From a virus: a stretch of DNA of 64,000 nt. Position 1 is the stretch's first letter; each line of letters opens with the position of its first letter. Shown here piece after piece: positions 54,901 through 62,979 of the stretch. Position numbers and translations under genes: made by a program. The stretch is from positions 1-64,000 of IMG/VR virus record IMGVR_UViG_3300029268_000010; one strand, given 5' to 3'. A model generated the notes under the pieces. That model made no database searches. It worked only from the letters and a program-made list of their open reading frames with translations, and was not told the origin of the DNA.

Positions 54901-57900
54901 ATTGGAATGAATATAATGAGAGATTATTTGAAAATAAGGAATCTTATAGTGCTGCTGTTGAGGAAATGGCAAAAAAAGCATGGGAGTTTAATCCTGACGG
55001 AAGTACCAATAGAGAAAAAATGGTTGATTTTGCGGTTCACAGATCCGCATATAAATCAGGTGTGACTAAATTAAAAAATTACACTACTGATGTCAATGGA
55101 AATGTCATAGCAAATCCAACATTTAATAGTTCAGAGAACAAACAAGAAGTATTTACTGAACATTTCAGAATACAGACCATTACACGCCAGGAAACTATCG
55201 ATACACAGAAAACCCTTCCCACACAGATATTGTCCGCATTAGGGGCTTTGGATCATAACCAGAAACTTATTACAAGGATAAATGCTGCTCTTTCAGGTTT
55301 TGCTACACTGGTTAATGATGAAGTATCAAAAACATTGGGTAATGATATAGAACATTCTAAAGCAAGAATAGCGCTTTTATCAAAAATAGGCAAAAGGAAT
55401 ATTGGTATTTCTACGCAAGCTACCAAATATGGTAAATTAATGACCACTCTTGGTATTCATCCTGATGTATTGCAGAATAAACATGTTAACAATATCATTT
55501 CCTACATTAATGATTACATAAAACCTTCCATGCCCGGACAATCTTATGTCCAATTGCCACATATAGGTAATATTTTCCGTAATAAAAAAACAGGACAATT
55601 ATTCTTGGCTCAGGATATTGGTCTTGGAAACGATTCTGTTATTCATCCAGAATATGATAATATAAAATTGAAACCTGGCACTTATTTATGGAATGATGGA
55701 ACCAATTGGAATGAATTCACACATGATAGGGATCAGTTGGGTAATATTACTAAAACCGCGTATGATAAATTCAAAGAATTAGCTGAGGCAAATCCTAATT
55801 CAATAAAGTATCGTCCTGCAGATGTTGTTATGCCCTTTCAGTACATGAATAAATTTGGACTTACAAAAGATATGACTTTGCAGCAAGCAATGACATTAGG
55901 ACCCAAGGAAAAGATCAGCATGTACGAAACCGGTGTAAAAGCAGAAAGAAGAACTGTTACTGATACTTTCAACTTCCTTAATGAATTATATCTTAATTAT
56001 AATGCTTTTGAAATTCGTGATAGTCTTCCTGCAGCAATAAAGGAAGAACTTAAAAAGCGACTTGATGAGAATAGTGTATTAAAAGGAAAGATTAAAGAAA
56101 GACATTTAGATAAAGTTACAAAAGAAGTTGAGAAGAGGTTTTTCTTACAAGAAGCAGATAGTAATAATGCTGAACTTGTAAAAAAGAATACTGGAGAGAA
56201 GATGCTCGCTATTCAGAATAAATTAGATCATCTTTTATTATCTGATATTAATGCTACTTTGACTGAAATGGCAAAATACTATACTTCCTTCAATGATGCA
56301 CTTGATGTTTATCTTGTACGTATTCCTACAACAAATGCTTCGCTGGCTTCATTAGGAAGAATTGTAGCATTTGAAAATGATTTGGACAACGCAATACTCA
56401 TATCGTCTGAAAAGAACATTCTGGATGGTTCCGACTACGATATCGACCAATTATCTGTTTATTTTAGGGCAGTAGATAAATATGGTACAGTAAATACCAG
56501 TGATCCTGATAAGGTCATGGATGATAAGAATGCTTTATTCAAAGCATATCAGAATATGATATTTGATTCCGTTCAGGAATACTATCATAACATCAAGAAT
56601 CATCCAATGGTACTCGGTAAAATTGATCTTACCAATATTAAAAATAAAGCAAAGGTTGTTACTGATGCAACAGAAATGCACAATGCTGATATTTCTACTA
56701 CTTTGGTGGCTAATGTTGTTAATTTCCTTGGTGGTGCTATGGTGGGATATTTTGCTAATCAGATGAATTTTACTTTTAAATTACTGCATGTTCCTTTAAT
56801 AACTCAGAGAGATTCTAATGGTAAAGTTGTTAGGAGAGGCAGAACAGATCAGTCTACAGAAACAAAGATGTTTGATTTATCGCTTGGTGCTATATTTGAT
56901 GAATCACAGATCCCTGGTATGGCAGATTTTATCAATAACCTTGTAAATGCTTCTACTGATAATGCGAAACTTGCCGGGGCTATAGGTAAGTTAAATGCAA
57001 ATCAGGCTACGGCCGGTGTTGTAAATGGAGCTACACTTGTTGGATTAACCGTTGAAGAGAAATTAAAAGGATTAACTATTGAGGATAAGGTTTTAGCAAT
57101 AATAAATGATCCTATCATTAAAGAAGCTTCAGCTGTTGTTTTGAATTCTATGGCAGTTACTACAAAAGGTGGTAGAAAATTTATGTGGAATGTTCTCAAG
57201 GCAAAATTAAAAAAAGGAGAACAAAAATATACTGTAGAAGAAATTGCAAAAATCAATGATTATATTAAGTTTGCTTATATCGGAGAACAGGTTCGTAGAT
57301 TTGGTGATATAGTAAAGATCCAACAGGAATTTGATGTTAATCCAGAAGATTTTATTAGGCAGAAAAATAATATTGAGAAAGCATTAGGAATGTCAATGGG
57401 TGACTTCCTTGCAAAAATAAAAACTATTCGTCTTGACGGTTATTCTGTAAATGATCAGATGAACTGGCTTAAAAAGAGTTTTCCTAATAGTTTTAATGCA
57501 TCAACTAGTGGCAAATCAAATATTGAGAATGAGTTACAAATGCGTTCGATGATTAATATTCCTATGGTTGTTGCACAAATGCCCAATCTTGTTTCTTATG
57601 TACAGGCAGCATATAATATTGATAATTTTTTAAGTCAAACATTTACTGTTTATAAAGACCAGACGGTTTTGAATAATCTTCTGCGTTTAACAGGAAGGGA
57701 TATATTAACATTTGATAACGAGATAAAAACATTCTATGATGAGTATAAAAAGTATGTGGAAGGTTTATTTATTTCTGAGAAATATAACAATGTAAATATG
57801 TCTATTAAGGATGTTGAACAACATATTTTTAATTTAGGTAATGTAAAAGAAAGAACACATTTTGCATTGTTAATTCCTTATTTTGTTCAGGAGCTTAAGA

Positions 57901-60900
57901 AGGATGATATGTATAAGAGGAATGAGTTTGTCAATAATCTTGATATTATCAATTTAAAAGGTACTCCATTTAACTATATTGGATTTCCTAATACTATTGA
58001 AATGGATGATTACAGAAAGACTCAGTTCTCAAATGATTTCGAAAAATTACCAAGAGATATTCAGAGGATATTTAGAGCATACCAGATAATTACATACGGT
58101 TTTAAATATAAAATGGGTAGTTATAATGAGGTAACAGATATTGAGAATGAGTTAATGTTTTCTGAGTGGATTGACAAAAAAAACATGAATGATATAATAA
58201 AGGATCCTATTAATATTGTTCGTGAATTAACTTCAAAGAATGCAGTCCTTGTTAATACTTCTATTGAACATAGAAGTAATAATAATATTGTTTATTATAG
58301 GTGGAATTTTGATCCTGAAGAGACTCCACAAATAATGGAAAATGATTTTCCGTTATCTTCGCCATATCCAAGGTTTATGAATTCTTATACTGGGAAAGTA
58401 ACCGCTATGAATAATCCAGTAACAAGAAATGTTAATGTTGATGAGTTAATTGAATTGGATGAAAATGGCATAGAGAAAAAGACCAGGATAAGATCTCATT
58501 ATTCAAATGGAATTATAAGACGTGCAACTTATAACAACATGATAGAGAATCAAGAAATAATAAAATCACATTATTTGATTGAAGGAAATCATGAAGCACA
58601 TCCTGAGAGATATGCTATAACTACCGACGGTACTCTTGTTAAAGTATTTAAAGATTCTTATACTTCATGGAGTATGCAGAAATTGGCTGGTGTTTCAACG
58701 AAAGTAAATCCATCAGTTCCATTAAGTGCTGTTAATAGTAAATCATCGATTGATGTTATTAATTATATTGTTGATAAGATCCGCTTAGCATTTCCTAATG
58801 TAACTATTGAATATGTTGATAATTCTACAACAGAATATTCGGAATATATCAGTTATGTTAAAAATGGAGTTGTTTACCTGAATAGTGATAAGATTAATAA
58901 TGATACTGCGCTACATGAAATAACACACATTTTTTTAGATACTTTAAAGTATACTAATTTTGAACTTTATAATGTATTAAGAAATAAAGTTATTGATCTT
59001 ATTCAGACTAATGACGCTGTTGTTCTGGCTATGATGGAAAATGAACATTATGCAAACATGAATGATGAAATGTTCATAGATGAAGTTATTTCTAACATTG
59101 TCGGGTTTAATACTTATGAAAAAGCAATAGGAACATTACTTAATCAGGGTGTAAAGAATGCTCAGGAAGCAAAGAATTTTGTTGAAAAGTTCATTGATAG
59201 CATTAATGATTTTTGGAACTGGGCAAAACGTCTTGTTCTTCGTTTATTTGCTGTTAAATTAAGTAACAATATTCTTTCAAAGATAACTCCTAATAGTACT
59301 ATAAGGGAAATATCAGAGGCCATAGCAAGAGAATTACTTGCAGGCAATACTATTAGTTATATTACAAGTAATAAACTTGCTAATTTAAATTCGGCAGTTA
59401 GACCATCAGTATCTTTGGCAACGAGTGTTTCTGATATAGCCGAGAATCTTATTAATGTGAAAAATCTCAAAGAGTATGAGGATTTTGATTTTGGTGAAAA
59501 AATAAAATATTTTAGAAGGAAATTAAAAATTTATAAAGGCATCCTTCCAGCAAAATATTTAGGTATTGCAGTAGACTTTAATAAAATTGATGTTAATCAG
59601 TGGGATGATGAGATTGGTAAGATCATTAAAGAATACGATACAAAAGTTCCTAAGTTGGTTGATAATTTATTGATATTACTTGGAAAAGAAAAAGGTTCTG
59701 TAAGCAAATCAATAGATATATTCGGAAAAAATAAAAATGGAGATGCGTTGTATAAAGAAGATGTACTTGACAGGTTCCTGCATCAAATAGCATATTCTCC
59801 AGCGACTAAATATATGCGTTTTAGTTCTCTTGCAAATGATCCTCAGTTCTCCCATCTTTATGATGAAAGATTTAAAGGATTTGATCCTATAATTGGAATT
59901 GAATCTGTCGGTGACCAATTAGTATTGTCCATATTTGATATAACCAATGAACAAATATATAATCCGGCAATAGGTAGTGAGGATAAGAATATTCTCTCTA
60001 AGTTCATTACAGATAAGGAGGCAAGACGTAACTCTATTACAATGTCAAATACCAAAGGTGATGTAAGGAGTTTAATGATAGGATTGCTTACAAATCACCT
60101 TAAGAAATCATTTAGTGGTGTCCGTATTTTCCATTCTGGTGTTATTCAATTAACCCCAGGATATAGTATAATGAATGTAGTATTTAACAATGACCTTGCT
60201 ATGAATATGCTTAACATAGGAAAACAAGGAAAGTTCATGAATAGTATAACTGATCCTTACATTCGGGAAATGTTCTTAAAAGACAATATATATATTGCTG
60301 AACAGGACTATGAAGATTCACTAATTAATTTCTACAATAATTTTAAGGATATATATTACAAAAACGGATTACAGGAATTTAGGGAAAGTAAAGTTAGTCC
60401 AGTGGATATTTCTGAAAAAGTAAGAATATTAAATTACAGATTAAGTGAACTGATTAAAAAATCTAATTTAACTTATATCGATAACAGAGAACTTTATCTA
60501 TTGATGAAAACTATTCTTGATTATAATAAATTGAAAATTACAGATTGGCAGTTCAATATAGGAAATGATATTGATACTATGCAAAAAATGTTGAAACCGC
60601 AGTTCAATATAAGTAATGAAAATATTCAGGTTATCTACAATAAAATGATGGAAACATCATATAGGATCGTGGACCGAATAATGAAAGACTACAAAGAAGA
60701 TTTTAATGTTTTACTTGTTAAACTCATACAAAAATTTGAAAGTACAAATGGTAAAATTGAAGGTTTCACGCATGATGTAGTTGCCAAAATCTTCGGTAAA
60801 ATGTGGGTTGAGGTAAAAACTATTGACGAGACAGGACAGGAATTTATGATGAAACCTGGTTTTATATATTGGACAAAGAATGATAATGAAGATCCATTAT

Positions 60901-62960
60901 TTGCTTCGCTGGCCCGGGAAAATAATATTGATGATGATTTAATTGAAGCCGGCAGGCAAATCGTTGAATTTGTCCATAAGCAAATGGTAGAAAATGTAAA
61001 ACATAGTAGGTTTATGAATGGCAGATTCTATACAAAAGATGTTTATGGTAATCTGAATAATAAAAAATCATGGACACCTTATACCAATGAAGATGCAGAA
61101 TATGACCTTATTCATAATTCTAGTTACCGGAAAGGTATGATACCTGTTATGTATCAGACAGCGGGAGAAATGGCTTCAGAAATGACTTTTAAATCATTAA
61201 AAAAAGCGTGGAATAAAAAAGTAGTAAATATTACTGATACATTTAGTTTGCTTGACGAGAATCTTCATGATCGTAATATGAAAGAAGAACAATTGGCTAC
61301 TCAATTACGTGATACGTTTTTCTATCAGATAGGTCTTGACCAGATTGATACCAACAGTCATTACGGAAGTGAAGGAAGAATGAATTTGATGGGTATTCGT
61401 TATGATGAGAATGAAGATAGATATGTTGTTGATAATGCAAAACGTAATTCACAGTTAAGTCTTGATCTTGAAACTATAGTAAATTACTTTATGATTTCTA
61501 GTATTCGTAAAGTAGAATATGAATCGACTACTCTCCCGATAATGAACGCTATGAAATTATATCTCAAAGATGTAGAAAATAGTTCAGGAGAATCTACTAA
61601 AAGTGTTATTGATTATATTGATTTGATGATATCGGGTTCTATTAAAGGAGAAAGGAAAAAAGTATCTGGCAAAATTCCTGGTACATCTTGGGAAATAGAT
61701 CCTGTTACATCAATGTTACAAACATGTGGTGGTACTATTGCTTTGTTCGGCAATATTAACGTTGGTATGACGTCTGCAATGATTAATGGTTTGCTGGCTA
61801 TGGTAGAAGGTATTGCTAATACCTGGGTTGATAGAGGAATGCCTAATGCTGCAGAAATGGCAAAAGCAACACGTTTATTCTTCAGTGACTTCCATAAAGT
61901 ATCTCAACTAGCAATGATGTATCAGACAGTACAAATGACTGATTACGATCTTGCTCAAAACAGATATAGAACAAAAAGTAAGAAACACGTATGGTCAGAA
62001 TTTGTAGGCCATTGGTTTAACTGGGCATCGGATATGTTTGCCCGTTCAGTTATAATGACAGCACAAATGTTACATGACGGTACTTACGATGCTCATATTT
62101 ATAATAAAGAAACTGGTCGTGTTGAATTTGATGAAAATCTTTGTAGTAGATTTGAAGGAGAAAAAGGTAAAGCGATAAGGAAAGTAGTAGCTGATGATCT
62201 TATTTTTAATGGAAGAATGAAAGCCGGTGATAAATTACCATTGGCATATCATTCTATAGAAACAAGAAAATTAAAAGAGATTGCTGATCAGTATATCATA
62301 GGTGCTTATGATGATAAGGTAAGAGCAATGCTTGGACAGTATCTAATGGGAAGAATGTTTATGATGTTCCATCAATATGTTACTGTCAGAATGGAGAACG
62401 CTTGGTCAAAAGGTGCTTGGTTAAATGAAATGGGAAGATTTGTCGCAGTGAAGGATAAAAATGGAGAGTATGTTGCCGAGTGGCAGCGACTATGGGTAGA
62501 AGGATATACTACTATGATTTTTAGGAAAACAGGAGAGTTAATAAATGCTGTTAGAACTAAGGATTTTGAAAAATTTAAAACATGGAATGATACAGATAAG
62601 TATAATCTATATAAAACTCTTGCTATGGTATCTGTTTTTGTTATAGGAACATTATTGTATAATGGTCTTGTTGATAGGAAGGGTGACGATGATGATAAAA
62701 AGATGTTAGGCTTTATTCCTAAATTAAATTTAATACCTGAATATAGATTATTAATGAATTGGAGATTTTCAACCAATGGTATATTTATAACTCCAAGTGT
62801 TATAGAAATGTTAGATAGTCCATGGGTGGTTATAGACCTTGTAAACAGAGCTTTCTTTACAAGATATGGAGAATTAAAATTATCCAATGCTGTAAATCTT
62901 ATTCCAATGAAAAGATCTGTGGAATCCACAATAGAACCAATAACGGGAATTAATGAATAA
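42903..62960 (+). CDS. 6685-aa virion polyprotein: SF1 helicase + degenerate PD-(D/E)XK + zincin + crAss-type DNA-dependent RNA polymerase + zincin
   Basis: GFGGAGKST (aa 1441), FIDEASQ, LGDDTQ, LTASSRA; RHEAIH (H at aa 2714); VRIPTT and DGSDYDIDQL (DYDID at aa 4511); LHEITH (H at aa 5338). Confidence 0.88.
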   Translation: MPIDETIKTEPVNINFRDKTFSNNLDFASRLLKGDDLGDIWHESNNYDAEPVLYSKESLAKKYPTVDPTKWDEIYPEIEAQYDLYKKGQFTAGQTNKFWLPITEGTSTAMRKYQQTSTPLLRPTIPTIAYTPFGEIPLMHDDEAATNVGMVMTKSGLWEPLSTDKPLNRMKRMYGDMINTPYTYWKESEDNEFINGDEIKLASWLGDRSLTSNFFGSHVRGTISGVMKFASGIGQLIDVAGDSYKSYDSQLNALQNFNKAFFTTNKDKFGGENKDILWTDRVGNNWTNWANQQTRQNNDEKEGYFNDLNAFIFGTFDGVGQMAPLIASSYLVGAGSRGLLGFSKASSLANKTSMVLGSVEAGGMFRQEMKKLGIPDTESAKWWAPFAVATYLSESIFRTNVVQNIWGRDMKNLVLPAIRQNLKEAAIKKGTSVNGLSNEVKAGIFKKAYNTFIKSPDSWLTKLASSKNVAVRGFAGGVEEGSEELVENAMDMGIAYTYNSLAFASALNTKSRFDGVTWTTGTDRAGVERYYRIEPTGAKKQIDEEKWQAEQDEYEFSNAVIKGEKNLSEEFGWTDAPAAFFSTFILLGMGKIVGVNKGQNEKRTIHKIAYDIAKNPSLKQKYMEVTQSHIPTGEFGYTHIDENGVTIKEEEKGTVLSQAQKNHDLFWQDVDLITNIIQEGEMTSPEFTAKMMGESTMILDAINLKVKLKSLAVDLQKVRANDPNVKNLTEEGILAEIDQKQKDYDYLTMSKTDYTLKYGTSKETEVIEEGMKKKKLPAKEGKTSWAYTERFLNFMEMDKYRDKFVEDLAAAKYQKLLKKVEKGEATQAEYDEKVNTFKAEKKTDLLKNGHKNGWSTFYAIYANPLLTGGMNAIDLFFNDSEEFKSNITERIAAINEEFKKYNQTDTTVLTDKLTELQNTLNTVLGSKGSHNIANFEKGKLETSDVKAITDSYQDLINSVHEVVNIARATPNLDAKVKSSITSLLGTFQTMSDEANNHLVGEFENYQTQNTKGLSPEAIAKKQAVLDNEGNIDSILKSFEAMDESIAIGTQNFANPINQINNFDELTSELQQKLKHEAFVAFINKIAGGTTLENYKKLAAEKVTVENPGVISALMQNSLNGLNRLNYFLTRLGIHIDTLEKNPDYVEHALTFGDEQLQISAEERDILKNIIRNKAIEVNDVKVWAESHVASKETSQFKEACMRLDHKRMVIEFAALQNQPSVSLVDIDDFLSKNGLTGKNGIQMIFDAFTDDSQTAKTEGKKGKAISLYEQLDKLVTIQLDNLCKDSKVVYDYILDNLKKPDFANNGYDFLNEFNSGTFIESELLKYGGTFSREEMEKKGTNPEKAQKWWLIVTMTARLHLFGQVQKDGKTRYTYSQARQAYRDVLKTKKQKKINDKVATIAQEDLITHMVMFSMTPNANTDYVKILSIAGNYIPGTLVVRGFGGAGKSTVVMSNTIETVATLRDKKVKVSVYSTNNALAKQHSDNLELLKQLGVVDYKSLLMPDLMNKVADSSIADDVDLVFIDEASQYGDQIYNELQNDILKDNKRPVIILGDDTQMIPEDNAKGGSTFFTGLPRMNMIGERTLPIVEVFRTGVEILYQLQSYLRTTKRLSTEQMDNIILPGALHTSDSNYGYKHRQNIDQVIEDFINTVKNDPGAVATDVLLIFLNYKDYTDAIVSGKYATQLQNYLPFIKFLTYDMLNPDLTVSGLSSKKVYFACDVFHDDRMDISDSDKRNVFIRSLLTASSRAVNFFEMVGPDFLYNPQELDWIPGMVNVSQDPIIKAAEDLAQQQIDRNKAITRLDNIVGPSTYKDIVNPPPVFSFNRNLDLQNEPEVLVKVQEEIERIKANVRDAKKVSATSFVNWSSTVNVENQARNKVFVAALRYNMSLDYGNFTEEQQNEFLKYLNDSAKEYSSLVGIDEAYRFAKSVLNSLYFTNELTSLMSNPLTLINPVISFGDIQGMPAMVKIVGTHEVNGKIVPIVDIIDFWFTKSAVKGYETQQVEKMAAYAALLTANGYHINKTVLYNVVETTVNGRNDATYGGTFVLNEDELSKSIITMTGPSKMNIASSIPFNDKTILVSEEEYMENERVIIDDKNTKYAVGNRFYSPKDNIVYRVDSLTQTGVKTPKIAVWMKNNKNDNVEKFTYRQTENFLPYDPQNPPLWKSSAVRFKNEGTFYSSNAHTLVLGFQGWGVDPLEKLLPTYRKGYWDIKDVFGDIHNPFLSIKNDISATIDDRSKNYIMRVYQNLPFLQIDTDGNILPIIGNTGYAVTVELNDKQIDKLIKNLPILKKYGINDIDTFKRYGFHIIGSLGKPDINFKNSDGTRNYVSDVDIDAFIKGTKTTEEIFKNAFAGDPDAELRKLNIEYNTELLNNIRVGMQNNGIVSTNVTMKNRELNVSFSNNNKSYKDFEEQMDFQGLTVEGKPKAEQQAGKTHFYVTVNRGKQQENVSIQFDSREVDSAYILGTIMKNYDDNKLIIKEVLDRIEELMKEEAPKNSTKEEIEIFEEKKLKDAGSNASQLWKTLRTTEFYQFLMHNKSVLKKNSEFDNYMNIGKKITFKGQSTEYKMKNISRTLERIREMAEKNSVKFYMTAFDLDKTTGEKIVRTENLVTKVSSISQREFHVSVPKNIKSKPAPASTFAPFKRIDGEFTDDDLIEESLMRAELYNLIGNLVDTKLFVDPNGFVLSNDGVNLWGAVRDGLIEISTVRGRVHKAVGRHEAIHFILHYMVRPEMREKIIADARNQMVRKGYKDLSYIGVHEYIASLFETKPIRKATTILEEYLRKFVMWVTRVAQQWGLYNNHLNAFMYSARSGYYRDQPAMNQSDGYTFEMRPNNYYNSLDMKELVDNVFPGDAKRMATIFKLIPDWKNFSSFGRNLKHYNLTYGMQLLAMRTLYRELDESLPTNVTVRVREITNEETQQTGKLYNYFEGNVNDMSPNVLSIAVVNRRESEMNDNAIERYIINRFAQQPEVMYSLMQDLFENIDVERAINLTFSDSKNSPTGNKGTNVIKRDNELFDPMTSQSPMLRKILSSLTYYSHKTGERQHKFIREATLQYILIDTVATLKQKGTNPTIAEIIKSMRGELTKKSVNTEHKNIIYSFLHEFGEENNGYEVEDIITRDNEELKTSFADWGMVYFIEHAEDLKQAFPDMKERINDKVYEARAMLNGIVSYYQSLQTLAAIKGTVNKDGSIDFEEFGKNLENVVKADLRKIMRDSVLTSDKSTIAKRISETFIGPKRRYVFHKSTGKNPVMGLYEVSTDRLIISTSTWRIAAVDYNAISEFLGLSKRLSDSEVLGTVNNQTLGQQFFYMVAGLAVSSAISTSADLAFKDVDENKLLLVDDKGVIIPNKDYIREIETQVNSKLGVDDKGKKITYMNFPELKELLDTYYKDNGFQAEDIKKIEVGENIINLKMKLYIPDQIFTFFKEIAKGLIYEGRYDNNRMIMNVDDEPVYIHIYSSLFAELWNSGSSQTVANIQTRIKTEDTKGSPLYSIEKDKKGKTTIVYNNAALNGKLGWEPYARNFGLEKVFKASQFKNMTIKDVLSYMIELTDDYMSNKTTSDTYPVMFETFSDKNFSPILPTYAMDQGNKIKLFKIEYNDELGKFQYIVDETHMVSIIDDIVRYYDRVRKLANKDIMREFKMSTAEFNNYISTISPNSSAGMDVRFRLEENVHFVIKGNTFLPGRAFASDNVYNEAFSQKWNAETEGGKYNLIRKAHHDQFLNFGKLINESGYVLPKQILSKFSHFGIYQQEVDEETGETLNITLAQLYAERKSTLKKLDLQIKEEQNPDVKNTLIIKHSTEKIRYNELIKTFNEGIAEKNFMMPSVKKSILHGETSIEGEWHPFLETMYWMFHMMNETISPLYRGPSIYYQDITDFIKRAAGDNAPGTTMVAQDGNGIGSKMNFIAFNDIPGFNELFDEKTDPYHDLHTNGFVPANPVSYKMMQHSSGDAIGNIYQGALKPVYKYYDPIKNKEVYLKMAMMPITFSQFKNHIYYQTLMRTFLGEKYWNEYNERLFENKESYSAAVEEMAKKAWEFNPDGSTNREKMVDFAVHRSAYKSGVTKLKNYTTDVNGNVIANPTFNSSENKQEVFTEHFRIQTITRQETIDTQKTLPTQILSALGALDHNQKLITRINAALSGFATLVNDEVSKTLGNDIEHSKARIALLSKIGKRNIGISTQATKYGKLMTTLGIHPDVLQNKHVNNIISYINDYIKPSMPGQSYVQLPHIGNIFRNKKTGQLFLAQDIGLGNDSVIHPEYDNIKLKPGTYLWNDGTNWNEFTHDRDQLGNITKTAYDKFKELAEANPNSIKYRPADVVMPFQYMNKFGLTKDMTLQQAMTLGPKEKISMYETGVKAERRTVTDTFNFLNELYLNYNAFEIRDSLPAAIKEELKKRLDENSVLKGKIKERHLDKVTKEVEKRFFLQEADSNNAELVKKNTGEKMLAIQNKLDHLLLSDINATLTEMAKYYTSFNDALDVYLVRIPTTNASLASLGRIVAFENDLDNAILISSEKNILDGSDYDIDQLSVYFRAVDKYGTVNTSDPDKVMDDKNALFKAYQNMIFDSVQEYYHNIKNHPMVLGKIDLTNIKNKAKVVTDATEMHNADISTTLVANVVNFLGGAMVGYFANQMNFTFKLLHVPLITQRDSNGKVVRRGRTDQSTETKMFDLSLGAIFDESQIPGMADFINNLVNASTDNAKLAGAIGKLNANQATAGVVNGATLVGLTVEEKLKGLTIEDKVLAIINDPIIKEASAVVLNSMAVTTKGGRKFMWNVLKAKLKKGEQKYTVEEIAKINDYIKFAYIGEQVRRFGDIVKIQQEFDVNPEDFIRQKNNIEKALGMSMGDFLAKIKTIRLDGYSVNDQMNWLKKSFPNSFNASTSGKSNIENELQMRSMINIPMVVAQMPNLVSYVQAAYNIDNFLSQTFTVYKDQTVLNNLLRLTGRDILTFDNEIKTFYDEYKKYVEGLFISEKYNNVNMSIKDVEQHIFNLGNVKERTHFALLIPYFVQELKKDDMYKRNEFVNNLDIINLKGTPFNYIGFPNTIEMDDYRKTQFSNDFEKLPRDIQRIFRAYQIITYGFKYKMGSYNEVTDIENELMFSEWIDKKNMNDIIKDPINIVRELTSKNAVLVNTSIEHRSNNNIVYYRWNFDPEETPQIMENDFPLSSPYPRFMNSYTGKVTAMNNPVTRNVNVDELIELDENGIEKKTRIRSHYSNGIIRRATYNNMIENQEIIKSHYLIEGNHEAHPERYAITTDGTLVKVFKDSYTSWSMQKLAGVSTKVNPSVPLSAVNSKSSIDVINYIVDKIRLAFPNVTIEYVDNSTTEYSEYISYVKNGVVYLNSDKINNDTALHEITHIFLDTLKYTNFELYNVLRNKVIDLIQTNDAVVLAMMENEHYANMNDEMFIDEVISNIVGFNTYEKAIGTLLNQGVKNAQEAKNFVEKFIDSINDFWNWAKRLVLRLFAVKLSNNILSKITPNSTIREISEAIARELLAGNTISYITSNKLANLNSAVRPSVSLATSVSDIAENLINVKNLKEYEDFDFGEKIKYFRRKLKIYKGILPAKYLGIAVDFNKIDVNQWDDEIGKIIKEYDTKVPKLVDNLLILLGKEKGSVSKSIDIFGKNKNGDALYKEDVLDRFLHQIAYSPATKYMRFSSLANDPQFSHLYDERFKGFDPIIGIESVGDQLVLSIFDITNEQIYNPAIGSEDKNILSKFITDKEARRNSITMSNTKGDVRSLMIGLLTNHLKKSFSGVRIFHSGVIQLTPGYSIMNVVFNNDLAMNMLNIGKQGKFMNSITDPYIREMFLKDNIYIAEQDYEDSLINFYNNFKDIYYKNGLQEFRESKVSPVDISEKVRILNYRLSELIKKSNLTYIDNRELYLLMKTILDYNKLKITDWQFNIGNDIDTMQKMLKPQFNISNENIQVIYNKMMETSYRIVDRIMKDYKEDFNVLLVKLIQKFESTNGKIEGFTHDVVAKIFGKMWVEVKTIDETGQEFMMKPGFIYWTKNDNEDPLFASLARENNIDDDLIEAGRQIVEFVHKQMVENVKHSRFMNGRFYTKDVYGNLNNKKSWTPYTNEDAEYDLIHNSSYRKGMIPVMYQTAGEMASEMTFKSLKKAWNKKVVNITDTFSLLDENLHDRNMKEEQLATQLRDTFFYQIGLDQIDTNSHYGSEGRMNLMGIRYDENEDRYVVDNAKRNSQLSLDLETIVNYFMISSIRKVEYESTTLPIMNAMKLYLKDVENSSGESTKSVIDYIDLMISGSIKGERKKVSGKIPGTSWEIDPVTSMLQTCGGTIALFGNINVGMTSAMINGLLAMVEGIANTWVDRGMPNAAEMAKATRLFFSDFHKVSQLAMMYQTVQMTDYDLAQNRYRTKSKKHVWSEFVGHWFNWASDMFARSVIMTAQMLHDGTYDAHIYNKETGRVEFDENLCSRFEGEKGKAIRKVVADDLIFNGRMKAGDKLPLAYHSIETRKLKEIADQYIIGAYDDKVRAMLGQYLMGRMFMMFHQYVTVRMENAWSKGAWLNEMGRFVAVKDKNGEYVAEWQRLWVEGYTTMIFRKTGELINAVRTKDFEKFKTWNDTDKYNLYKTLAMVSVFVIGTLLYNGLVDRKGDDDDKKMLGFIPKLNLIPEYRLLMNWRFSTNGIFITPSVIEMLDSPWVVIDLVNRAFFTRYGELKLSNAVNLIPMKRSVESTIEPITGINE

Positions 62961-62979
62961 TTATAAAAAATAAATCACT

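Noticed and set aside
44492-62929. Many short antisense or alternate-frame ORFs within the giant gene
   Set aside because: No motifs or independent signals; expected shadows of a long AT-rich coding strand
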